Assembly: GCF_001194135.2 (NCBI RefSeq)
Contig: NC_068987.1
Span: 31,759,956 to 31,793,666 of the forward strand
Origin: Octopus bimaculoides
Lineage: Eukaryota
Direction: 5' to 3'
DNA: 33,711 nucleotides
The first letter of the stretch is position 1; every line of letters begins with the position of its first letter. A program made the translations under genes and the position numbers. The notes under the pieces were generated by a model that did not search any database, had not been told where the DNA came from, and saw only the letters and a program-made list of their open reading frames with translations. Shown here one piece after another: positions 1 through 10,304 of this stretch.

Positions 1-38
<38 letters not shown>

Positions 39-68
39 CACACGTACGCACACACACACACACACACA
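1..68. repeat. (CA)n microsatellite
   Basis: Directly visible, slightly interrupted CA run. Confidence 0.95.
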
Positions 69-77
69 AACGTGTAT

Positions 78-228
78 ATGAGGGGCTTCCGTCTATCAAA
101 TTCACTCACAAGGCATTAGTGGCCCCGGGTCTATGATAACAGACTGTTGTCCAAGGTGCTCTGCAATGGGACTGAACCTCAAAACCTCGTGACTACAAAG
201 CAATCTGCTTAACCATGCAACCACACCC
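78..228 (-). mobile_element. tRNA-headed SINE family A, diverged copy
   Basis: Reverse complement aligns by eye to 8509-8670 (ggttcagtcccattgc...gccttgtgagtgaatttgatagacggaagccc). Confidence 0.8.
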
Positions 229-1217
229 ACCCCTGTTTTATGGAATTTTTCGTGCATAAGCACCTTCAATCTTTTTTCTCTTGGTGGGGTGATGCTGTTT
301 GAATAAACCTTGAGTAGTGAAAATTGAGGTCACAGTCAACATTTAGGCGTATGTGTGAATATGGATATATGCAAAACATACACACATGTTATTGTCATTA
401 TGGTAATGTTGCAACAGGCAAACACCGATACGTCTTAACAATAAGGAATGCATGATCAATGCTGTAAACAACATTGAAATGCCTCTAGGACTCCGATTCC
501 AGAATTCATTAGCTTTCTTAAGAGAGTTTTATAGCTTCTATATTAGCCCCACAAGTGTATTAAAGGTAATTGAGGTAATGGGAACAGTAACTGCATTAAT
601 GCATGCTGAAATTGTACAACAAATTGTAGTTTATATTCCAATGTTGGATCATTACAAACCTATATAAAGTCCTGTTTAAGTATTTCACTACTTTGTTTTA
701 TATATCAAGTTATGTACAATGTGAGAAAGGGAAACTATTTTAGGATAATGCCAGTTGATCGAACTTTTTCATTTACGATTTTACACAAAAGTCAGAGCTT
801 ATCACATATAATATGCAGAATACTCAACTGNNNNNNNNNNNNNNNNNNNNNNNNNNNNNNNNNNNNNNNNNNNNNNNNNNNNNNNNNNNNNNNNNNNNNN
901 NNNNNNNNNNNNNNNNNNNNNNNNNNNNNNNNNNNNNNNNNNNNNNNNNNNNNNNNNNNNNNNNNNNNNNNNNNNNNNNNNNNNNNNNNNNNNNNNNNNN
1001 NNNNNNNNNNNNNNNNNNNNNNNNNNNNNNNNNNNNNNNNNNNNNNNNNNNNNNNNNNNNNNNNNNNNNNNNNNNNNNNNNNNNNNNNNNNNNNNNNNNN
1101 NNNNNNNNNNNNNNNNNNNNNNNNNNNNNNNNNNNNNNNNNNNNNNNNNNNNNNNNNNNNNNNNNNNNNNNNNNNNNNNNNNNNNNNNNNNNNNNNNNNN
1201 NNNNNNNNNNNNNNNNN

Positions 1218-1508
1218 TATGAATGACCTAGAAAGTTACGCGCTCCGAGGCACAAGTCTGGGAAGTCCAGCAGTCGCATATGCATACCAGCCTCCTCTCT
1301 CCACGCCACCGATGTTATCCAAAGGAAAGGCAAAGTCTGATACAGCTTGGCACCAGTGATGTCGCAATCTCATTTTTGCCAGCTGAGTGGACTAGAGCAA
1401 CGTGAGATAAAGTGTCTTGCTCAAGAACACAATACACAGCCCGGTTCGGGAATGGAACTCACTACCTCATGATTGTGGACCCTACGGTCTAACCTTTGAG
1501 TCATGCAC
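1218..1508 (-). mobile_element. tRNA-headed SINE family D (CORE-like central domain)
   Basis: Reverse complement matches 3628-3950 (ttcttgagcaagacactttat...cactcagctg...ggtgccaagctgtatc...ggcgtggagagaggaggctggtatgcat). 3' end runs into the N gap. Confidence 0.85.
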
Positions 1509-1558
1509 CGATATATGCATGCGTTTGTGTGTGTGTGTGTGTGTGTGCGCGCACATAT

Positions 1559-1720
1559 AGGCGTAACTGTCTTTAGGCGCAGGCGTGGTAAGAAACTTGC
1601 TTCCTCACCACATGGTTCTAGGTTCAGTTCTACGTTGGGCAAGTGTCTTCTACTATAGCATCGGACCGACCAAAGCCTTGTCAGTGGATTTAGTAGACGG
1701 AAACTGAAAGAAGCCCATCG
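1559..1720 (+). mobile_element. SINE family A
   Basis: ggcgcaggcgtggtaagaaacttgcttcc...ggttcagtt...gggcaagtgtcttctactatagc...gaccaaagccttg...agacggaaactgaaagaagccc, then TA repeat and gap. Confidence 0.85.
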
Positions 1721-2439
1721 TATATATATGTATATATATNNNNNNNNNNNNNNNNNNNNNNNNNNNNNNNNNNNNNNNNNNNNNNNNNNNNNNNNNNNNN
1801 NNNNNNNNNNNNNNNNNNNNNNNNNNNNNNNNNNNNNNNNNNNNNNNNNNNNNNNNNNNNNNNNNNNNNNNNNNNNNNNNNNNNNNNNNNNNNNNNNNNN
1901 NNNNNNNNNNNNNNNNNNNNNNNNNNNNNNNNNNNNNNNNNNNNNNNNNNNNNNNNNNNNNNNNNNNNNNNNNNNNNNNNNNNNNNNNNNNNNNNNNNNN
2001 NNNNNNNNNNNNNNNNNNNNNNNNNNNNNNNNNNNNNNNNNNNNNNNNNNNNNNNNNNNNNNNNNNNNNNNNNNNNNNNNNNNNNNNNNNNNNNNNNNNN
2101 NNNNNNNNNNNNNNNNNNNNNNNNNNNNNNNNNNNNNNNNNNNNNNNNNNNNNNNNNNNNNNNNNNNNNNNNNNNNNNNNNNNNNNNNNNNNNNNNNNNN
2201 NNNNNNNNNNNNNNNNNNNNNNNNNNNNNNNNNNNNNNNNNNNNNNNNNNNNNNNNNNNNNNNNNNNNNNNNNNNNNNNNNNNNNNNNNNNNNNNNNNNN
2301 NNNNNNNNNNNNNNNNNNNNNNNNNNNNNNNNNNNNNNNNNNNNNNNNNNNNNNNNNNNNNNNNNNNNNNNNNNNNNNNNNNNNNNNNNNNNNNNNNNNN
2401 NNNNNNNNNNNNNNNNNNNNNNNNNNNNNNNNNNNNCTT

Positions 2440-2766
2440 ATAGAGGGTAATTTCAAGGCCAGATTCAATAATCATACCTTGAGCTTCAGGCACGGGGATA
2501 AAAGGAAAAAGACCAAATTATCCAGTCATATATGGTCCTTAAAAGATAAAGGTGTCAGTTACAACATTCATTGGAAGATCTTAGCCAAGTGTAAACCCTA
2601 CACCAACGGCAGCGGAGAGTGAAGTCTATGTGATATGGAAAGATGGCTTATCTCGAAAGGCAGCTTAGACCCTGCCACATGTCTAAATTCAAGAACTGAA
2701 CTTTTCGGATCATGTCCACATGTGGCTAAATATTTGTTACGTTTTTGGTACCCCCGAGATTACTGA
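2440..2766 (+). pseudogene. Penelope-like retroelement, C-terminal half of GIY-YIG-type endonuclease, one in-frame TGA
   Basis: Manual translation: IEGNFKARFNNHTLSFRHGDKRKKTKLSSHIWSLKDKGVSYNIHWKILAKCKPYTNGSGE*SLCDMERWLISKGSLDPATCLNSRTELFGSCPHVAKYLLRFWYPRDY*. The FKxRxxNHxxSF...LSxxIWxLK...W...CxLC...LNxRxE...CxH pattern is what I recall for invertebrate C-terminal-EN PLEs. GIY/YIG motifs themselves would lie in the upstream gap. Not in the supplied ORF track. Confidence 0.8.
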
Positions 2767-3410
2767 TAGGACTTGCTTTCTATATTGTGTCTATGTACAA
2801 GCTTTTTATCTCTCTATACTTTTTACTTAGATTTCTTATTTCATTTCATTTCAAAGTTTCAGCTCAGAGCTGCGGCCATGCTGATGCATGGAGATAATGT
2901 TTTGTATATTTTTCACACATGCGAGAATATGTGCATATAGACGCGTTTCGCTTTTATAGGTTTTTCACACTTTTTACACTTTTTTTCTCTATTTTGCCTT
3001 TAACCCTGTTTTTTTTTTCTTGGGCATGTGCGTATATTGACGTGTTTATGAACCTTTTTTGCGCGCGTATGTATGGGTGCGAGCGTGTTGCGCACGTGTG
3101 TGCGTGTGGGCGAGTGAGCGTGTGGGCGTGTATGCGGATATATATCTTTGGCGAATGTATGGGTGAGCATGTGTGTGTTTCAAGCGAGGGTGGATGAGTA
3201 TATACATATAGGCGCATGTAGGTTGGTATGCGGGCGCGCATGTGTGTGTATAAATCGGTGCGTTTACGCGAATACTATGGAGTTTTTTACTCCCTTACCT
3301 TTACTCCCTCCCCTCACTTACCGGTCATTCTAATAGCTCTTTTGTCTTGAAAACGGTCAACCACACAGTAATTTCCCTTTGTTAAATGGTCATTTTCATA
3401 GGAATTCTCA

Positions 3411-3490
3411 ATGGCCAGATATCTGAAGAGATAGTGTCGTGGGTTTCTGCCCCGGCATCCGAAACTCGGAGTTTTATCATGGGTATCGAA
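3411..3490 (+). ncRNA. Type I hammerhead ribozyme motif (copy 1)
   Basis: CTGAAGA 3423-3429, stem II 3430-3460, GAAA 3461-3464, short stem III (AC-tcgga-GT), GTT triplet 3471-3473, stem I CCA-GATAT (3415-3422) with TTATC-A-TGG (3474-3482). Confidence 0.7.
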
Positions 3491-3573
3491 TAATTGTCAC
3501 ATATTTTTACAGATAAATTCCTCCATTTACATAATATCGAGGTCTCTTTCTTTTTTTTTGTTGTCTTTTCTAT

Positions 3574-3575
<2 letters not shown>

Positions 3576-3622
<47 letters not shown>
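3576..3622. repeat. (TA)n microsatellite
   Basis: Directly visible. Confidence 0.95.
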
Positions 3623-3626
<4 letters not shown>

Positions 3627-3627
3627 G

Positions 3628-3950
3628 AAAGCGCATGACTCACGAGCTTACGATCGTGAGGTTGTGAGTCTGAATCCCGGACCGGGCTACGTGTTGTGTT
3701 CTTGAGCAAGACACTTTATTTCACGTTGCTCCAGTTCACTCAGCTGTAGAAATGAGTTGCGACGTCACAGGTGCCAAGCTGTATCGGCCCCTTTGCCTTT
3801 CCCTTGGATAACATTGGTGGCGTGGAGAGAGGAGGCTGGTATGCATGGGCGACTACTGGTCTTCCATAAACAGCTTTGCCCGGACTTGTGCCTAGGAGGG
3901 TAACTTCCTAGGTGCAATCCCATGGCCATTCATGACCGAAGGGGATCTCC
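3628..3950 (+). mobile_element. SINE family D (tRNA-Arg-like head, CORE-like domain)
   Basis: Degenerate B-box (gagtctgaatcccgg), then tgtgttcttgagcaagacactttatttcacgttgctccagttcactcagctgtagaaatgag resembling the CORE-SINE domain. Other copies at 1218-1508 and 13180-13320. Confidence 0.8.
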
Positions 3951-4564
3951 GCATATATAAATACATATTCATATATATGTGCGCCAGTGCGTGTGCCTGT
4001 GTGAGTGTGTGTGTGTGTGTATGTGTGTGTGTGTGCGTGCATGCGTGCGTGCGTGTGTGTATGCGTGTGAGTTTGAGCGTCTGTGTGTGTATGTATGTTT
4101 GTATGTATATATATGATATCGTTGCATCGTAATAATTAAGTAAGGTACAATGAAAATAAAGAACGTGGAGCGTTGTTAACTGAAAATATTTCTTGAAACA
4201 CTCGCTTACAGGTGGAGCTTTACGAAACACGGAATAGAAGACATTTTAATTTCACTTAATTTGAAATATAGAAATATATTGGAGGAATAAATGCAGCATG
4301 TTGCAGTGAAAAAGTGAGTAGAGAGAAGACTTGTAGAAAACAGTTACGTCACATATAAAATTATAAAATAATAAATCAAATTAATATACACTTGTTAAAG
4401 ATGCGTTTGTAATTAGCCAAGGCGTCACGCAGCAGTACTGAACCTAGAACCATGTGACTGTGTGAATGTGTGTGTGTGCCTATGTATGCGGGTGTGCGTG
4501 CATGCGTGCGTGCGTGTATGCTTGTGAGCGCGAGCGTCTGTGTGTGTGTATGCACGTTTGTATG

Positions 4565-4683
4565 TTTTGGGTTCAGTCTTGCTGTGTGGCACCTTGAGCA
4601 GATATCTTCTACTATAGTCTCTGGTCGACGAAAGCCTTGTGGGTGGATTTGGTAGACAGAAACTGGAAGGAGTGCTTCTTGTA

Positions 4684-4730
<47 letters not shown>

Positions 4731-4903
4731 GTGTGTGCGTGTGTTTATGTTTGTGTGTCTGTGTTTGTCCCGCCACCATCGCTTGACAGCCGAAGCTGGT
4801 GTGTTTACTAGGCTTACAAAGAATAAGTCCTGGGGTCGATCTGTTCGGCTAAAAGGCGGTGCTCCAGCATGGCCACAGTCAAATGACTGAAACAAGTAAA
4901 AGA

Positions 4904-4905
<2 letters not shown>
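4565..4905 (+). mobile_element. Composite SINE: family A body + (TG)n + segment B
   Basis: A body 4565-4685, TG run to about 4750, B segment gtgtctgtgtttgtccc...ggcggtgctccagcatggccacagtcaaatgactgaaacaagtaaaagag with an internal deletion relative to 10305-10510. Confidence 0.8.
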
Positions 4906-4939
<34 letters not shown>

Positions 4940-6389
4940 GTAGAATGTTATACTGTGCCACACAATTTGTTTTCTAAAACCTGTTCTGTTTGTGTGTGTG
5001 TGTGAGGGCAGTTTGTTTATTAAAGAATTCGCCTTTCTAAATCCTTATGCATCTTTGAAATCAAGCTATGTTAATTTTTTGAAGAAGATAAAAACAAAAA
5101 GAAATTAAAAAATGTCTCCCCACAGAAACATTTTGAAATTCCTGAGAAGCAACAGTACATAAATTATTCCTTCAAAACCAATTAATGTGTTCCACTTCTT
5201 ATTTAACTATTTCCTTTTTCTTGGTATATTAGATATTTTAGATTATACGCTAAGGGTTCTTAAAGAAGTGTTATGGAGGGAGGAAATGGCTTTGATCAAA
5301 CATAGACCTTTCTTGAATCACCTTTAGGGTTAAATTTCCAAAGGATGTATTCTCTTGTAGGGTATCTTGATTTCAAAAACATGAAATAGCTGAGTCATCA
5401 GCGATGCCCTTTTAATAAATGGAACGGTTCCTTTAAAGGTATTGTAATTTTATTAATCCCTTCAAAGGCGTCTGAAATAACTTCATATAAATTCCTCACC
5501 GAATATTTCTTTTAATGTACATTTTATTTTTCGTCAATAAATTTAATATAACACAGTTGCATGCACACTGTCACACACACATACACTCGCACAGGCTCAC
5601 GCACGGACGCACGCACACACACACACACACACACACGTAAACACACATGAGCTCAGATGTTCTCCCATACACACAAACGCACACGTGCATTCACGAACAC
5701 AGAGATAAATACGCATAGAGGCAGACACACAGACACGCAGACAGTGTACTCTCCCTCATACACACAAATGTACATGGCAGCATATAAAAAGATGGAATAG
5801 TAAAAACAATTACAGAATAATAAGGATGGAGAGGAAGAAAAAGAGAGAAGGAAGGAGGGGCAGGAAGAGGAGGAAGAGAAAGCTGTGGAATTACCAGAAA
5901 CACCAGCAATAAAATAATATAAAATAAACCGAATTTATTGAATTTTGGTTCTCGTCTGTGAGAATGGCTAAGCATATGAGCCCTATTTTGAAAGTATAGG
6001 TCAGTACAGGGTTCTTTCTGCGAGAGTACAGATGAATGTAAGCCTTTTTCATTCTGTGAAAGTACAGTTAAGTATATTGCTCACTTAAGTGGGAGTACAG
6101 TCAAGTATATTGTTCATTTCTATGAGAATATAATTGGGAGTAGCTGGTTGAACCTACCAAAAAAATTTAATCATTAGCTAAAACATTACGCTACAGGTAC
6201 CTTCTATAATCCGCACTAATTTACACTAGTATACAGATACCTGTATTCCATTTAATTTAGATTGTGTTGACCAAGGTGACCACCCTTGGTTCGGAAAAAT
6301 CAGTTATCCGGAATGGCTTACGGAACCAAAGAAATCGGTGTTGTACTTGAACTAATATTGTACGTTACGCATATTTGTATGTGATAAAT

Positions 6390-6601
6390 GCAGCGAGCTG
6401 GCAGAATCGTTAGCACGCCACGCAACATGCTTAACAGCATTCCGTCTGTCTCTACGCCTCCGAGTTAAAATTCCGCCGTGGTCGATTTTGTCTTTCATTC
6501 TTTTGGAGTCGATAAAATATATCCTACTTGAGTACTGAGGCCGATGTCATCAATTTATACCCTCTCCCGAAATTACAGACCTTGAACCAAAATTTGAAAC
6601 C
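6390..6601 (+). mobile_element. tRNA-headed SINE family C, near full length
   Basis: gcagcgagctggcagaatcgttagcacgcc...gagttaaaattccgccgtggtcga...gtcgataaaat...ccaaaatttgaaacc; homologous copies at 12081-12212, 12344-12551, 20745-20912. Confidence 0.8.
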
Positions 6602-6638
6602 ATTAAACCATTATTTGTAGGTGGTTACTCTCTTCATC

Positions 6639-7033
6639 GTGGAGGCGCAATGGCCCAGTGGTTAGGGCAGCGGACTCGCGGTCATAGGATCGTGGTTTCG
6701 ATTCCCAGACCGGGCGTTGTGAGTGTTTATTGAGCGAAAACACCTCAAGCTCCACGAGGCTCCGACAGGGGATGGTGGCGAACCCTGCTGTACTCTTCCA
6801 CCACAACTTTCTCTCACTCTTACTTCCTGTTTCTGTTGTGCCTGTATTTCAAAGGGCCAGCCTTGTCACACTGCGTCACGCTGAATATCCCCGAGAACTA
6901 CGTTAAAGGTACACGTGTCTGTGGAGTGCTCAGCCACTTGCACGTTAATTTCACGAGCAGGCTGTTCCGCTGATCGGATCGACTGGAACCCTCGACGTCG
7001 TAAGCGACGGAATGCCAGCAACAAAAAAAAAAA
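6639..7033 (+). mobile_element. Young tRNA-Arg-like SINE family E with poly(A) tail and 11-bp TSD
   Basis: A-box TGGCCCAGTGG, B-box-like GGTTTCGATTCC, tail caacaaaaaaaaaaa, TSD ctctcttcatc at 6628-6638 and 7035-7045. About 95% identical (18 mismatches counted by eye) to 25168-25561. Confidence 0.92.
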
Positions 7034-7408
7034 CCTCTCTTCATCAGATTAACTCGATTCAAAGTAGCCTTGGCACGTCTCGCACCCACAAAATTACAAA
7101 ATATTTCCGTATGTATCATTGGATTAGTAAACTGTTTGATATCATCTTCACAGAGAAATGACTTACGACCTCGATCCACTTAACCTTGCAGACACTGTTT
7201 TGCAGAATTTAAAGTTGCACTCAGCGAAACAAGAACGATGATGTTTACAAGTATTCAAGCAAAACTCTTTAGAATAGTTTATTTCTGATGTAAATTGTGT
7301 CTGTTTTTATGACAATTTTATTATTTTTTTTTTGTGATTGAATATTTTTGTTCTCCATCTAGACATTTTATTTTTCAAAACGCCTGTAAGAATTCATCAT
7401 GTCTTTTA

Positions 7409-7749
7409 TCTTTTTACTTGTTTCAGTCATTAGACTGCGGCCATGCTGGGCTACTATCTCGAAGAACTTTTGGTCGAATGATTCGATCCCGGTACTTTTT
7501 TAAAAAGCCCGGTACTTCTATCATTCTCTTTTTGCCGAACCTCTATGTTACAGGGACGTAAACAAACCAATAACGGTTGTCAAGTGATGGGGTGGGGACA
7601 GACACAGACACAAAGACACAGACTAACACACACAAGCACACAAACACACAAGCGCGTGTGTGTGCGCGCGCGCACACACACACACAAGCACACATATAGA
7701 TATAAGTCAGGATTCTTTCAGTTTCCACCTGCCAAATCCACTCACAAGG

Positions 7750-7750
<1 letters not shown>
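7409..7750 (-). mobile_element. Composite SINE (B segment + CA-rich linker + 3' part of family A)
   Basis: tacttgtttcagtcattagactgcggccatgctgg...ggggacagacacagacac = reverse complement of B; ttctttcagtttccacctgccaaatccactcacaaggct = reverse complement of A 3' end, cut by (CA)n. Confidence 0.8.
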
Positions 7751-7825
<75 letters not shown>

Positions 7826-7838
7826 ATACACACACACT
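7751..7838. repeat. (CA)n microsatellite
   Basis: Directly visible. Confidence 0.95.
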
Positions 7839-8279
7839 TATGCAGTATAATAGTTTCGACAGAAAGCATACAAACATATCTGATTCTTCATCTGATTCAA
7901 TACTGTGTTCGTACAAATATTCAATCTATTGCTGACATTTTTCAATGGTTTCTTCAATTGCTTTAATGAACCATTTTTTATCATTAATAAAAGTACCAGC
8001 ATTTTTGACGACATGGGCATGCTAGTAAGTTAATAATGAAAATGTACATCCCTATAATATTTGATAGGAAATTACATAATCATTTCATCGGTTGCTAACT
8101 TACAATCATGTTCCCTGTGCTCGTTAGTACATTTGCGTCCAGATTTCTGTTCTTAAGTTACATATAAATATGATATTCGTTGGTCAACCGGTTTGATTTG
8201 AATATATGATTAAATAACGACGTTTGTAATCAGACATGAAAGATCACTAGGGAATGAAGACATAGCTGTAAGGTGAGAA

Positions 8280-8410
8280 TATTTGCTTCGCAACTTCGTG
8301 GTCCGTTAGCCGCATTACTCTGGGAAAGCGTCTTCTACTATAACCTCTGGCTAACAAAAAGAAACGGGAATAAAATTTGGTAGAGGAAACCGTATAGAAG
8401 CCCATCATGT
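8280..8410 (+). mobile_element. SINE family A, old degenerate copy
   Basis: gggaaagcgtcttctactataacctctgg...aatttggtagaggaaaccgtatagaagcccatc. Confidence 0.55.
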
Positions 8411-8508
8411 GTGTTTGTGTAAACATAAATATATAGAGAGATAGAGAAAGAGAGAGAAATATAGAAGGACACACACGCACACATACGCATATATATATAT
8501 ATATATAT

Positions 8509-8670
8509 AGGTGTGGCTGTGTGGTGAGAAGCTTGCTTCCCAACCACGTGGTTACGGGTTCAGGCCCACTGCGTGGCACCTTGGGCGAGTGTCTTCTACT
8601 GTAACCGCGGGCCGACCAAAGCCTTGTGAGTGGATTTGGTAGACTAAAAAGTGAAAGAAGCCCGTCGTAT
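8509..8670 (+). mobile_element. SINE family A, well-preserved copy
   Basis: ggtgtggctgtgtggtgagaagcttgcttcccaaccacgtggttacgggttcaggcccactgcgtggcaccttgggcgagtgtcttctac...gaaagaagcccgtcgtata, then gap. Confidence 0.9.
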
Positions 8671-8845
8671 ANNNNNNNNNNNNNNNNNNNNNNNNNNNNN
8701 NNNNNNNNNNNNNNNNNNNNNNNNNNNNNNNNNNNNNNNNNNNNNNNNNNNNNNNNNNNNNNNNNNNNNNNNNNNNNNNNNNNNNNNNNNNNNNNNNNNN
8801 NNNNNNNNNNNNNNNNNNNNNNNNNNNNNNNNNNNNNNNNNNATA

Positions 8846-9231
8846 TTCTTTTATTCTTTTATTCTTTTAATTGTTTCAGTGATTTGATTGCAGCCATGCT
8901 GGAGCGCCGCCTTTAATCGAACAAATCGACTCCAGGTCATATTTTTGTAAGCCTAGTACTTATTCTGTTGGTGTCTTTTGCTGAACCGCTAAGTTACGGG
9001 AACGTAAACACACCAACATCGGTTTTCAAGTGATGGAGTGGGGACAAACACACACACACACACACATATATATACGACGGGCTTCTTTCAGTTTCCGTCT
9101 ACCAAATCCACTCAAAAGACTTCGGTGGGGCCGAGGCTATAGTAGAAGACACTTGCGCAAGGTGCTACGCAGTGGGACTGAACCAGAAACCATGTGGTTG
9201 GGAAGCAAGCTTCTTACAGCTACGCCTGCGC
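8846..9231 (-). mobile_element. Complete composite SINE (A head/body + short microsatellite + B segment)
   Basis: Reverse complement reads A (9231-9073), (TA)(TG) linker, B (9055-8846) ending in a taaaagaa-type tail. Confidence 0.88.
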
Positions 9232-9345
9232 TATATATATCAGGTTCAGTAAAAAGTAAGCAACGTTTTGAATCACGATGAATTAGTACTGCACTTTTGC
9301 AGAGTTTTGAATTTTTTAAAAACATTTTTTTGCAATTCTCTGATA

Positions 9346-9398
<53 letters not shown>

Positions 9399-10304
9399 CT
9401 AGCTTACTTACCCTGTAATTCCCGGGAAAGCGGGGCTTATCCCTTGGTTCCGTTGTCTTAATTGTTTCGCTAATCCAATAACAACAATACAAAGTATGTA
9501 GCCCTTAAAACAGTTTTTGTGCATTTATAGAGAATACTGAACTGTCTTACACAGGATCTTGTTTTTAGGAATTCCCAATAAGTTATGAATACCCAAACTG
9601 TGAAGTCGGTTATGTAATAACATGAAATTAGCTACCCGACAGTAAGAATTCAAATAAAGTAGCCCCGAAAAGGGCTTTAATGCGTTCCCAGAGTATATAG
9701 AACTTAGGGGGAAATACTAATAAGGTATGTATACTAAAATCGTGAAGCATGTTACGTAATAAAAGGCTAATCAGATATCAGATAATAATAATTCAAAGAA
9801 AATAACTCAGAAAAGGGCTTTTGTGCGTTCCCAGAGAATATTACCCTTAGCAGCGCTAATGTTGGTATATTCGTGAATAAGTCACTTTACCGGAATAAGT
9901 GGATCTATTGTTTAGGAAAGTACTATACTATTTAATTCTTTAAAGGTTGTACTGGGTAAATTGCGAAAATAACTCTAACAGTTCCAATACTAAGAAATAA
10001 GCATACGCAATTTGATCTGTGCCAAATGATTTAGGGGAATGCATGGATTATTTCTCTTGGCTCTGAAAATCTGGGCGAATGGGTTATTTCCCTTGGCTGT
10101 TAAAATGAAATACATTAGATATATATATATAAGGATCCATTCCAGGGGCTCTGTCATTGATGTTTTCAAAAATCTGAGCATGCCATAAGTTTTACTCACG
10201 TGTCAAGTTTCAACACAATCGATAAAATGATAAAACACAACCACAGACAGAATTTCCCACATATGTAGCAGATATGTATATATCACTGTGTGTGTGTGTC
10301 TGTA

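Larger units (their letters stand above)
2438..3575 (+). mobile_element. Penelope-like element 3' portion (EN remnant plus putative 3' UTR/pseudo-LTR with hammerhead)
   Basis: EN remnant and hammerhead motif are on the same strand about 650 bp apart and the block ends at a (TA)n run. The 3' boundary and continuity are inferred. Confidence 0.55.

Noticed and set aside
712-2493. Long ORFs containing X runs (also 8626-8916, 15829-16748, 26815-27224)
   Set aside because: They are open only because they cross N gaps or triplet repeats.
2919-4961. ORFs rich in CV/HT/YI dipeptides here and throughout the window
   Set aside because: Translations of (TG)n, (CA)n and (TA)n microsatellites; no domain content.
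6270-6330. Small hairpins (accaagg...ccttggt; ttggttcgg...cggaaccaa)
   Set aside because: Stems of 7-9 bp are expected by chance; no ribozyme or terminator motif.
6639-6712. Possible tRNA-Arg gene
   Set aside because: A/B boxes are present but there is no acceptor-stem closure or T-run terminator, and it continues into a 300-bp body with tail and TSD; it is a SINE head.
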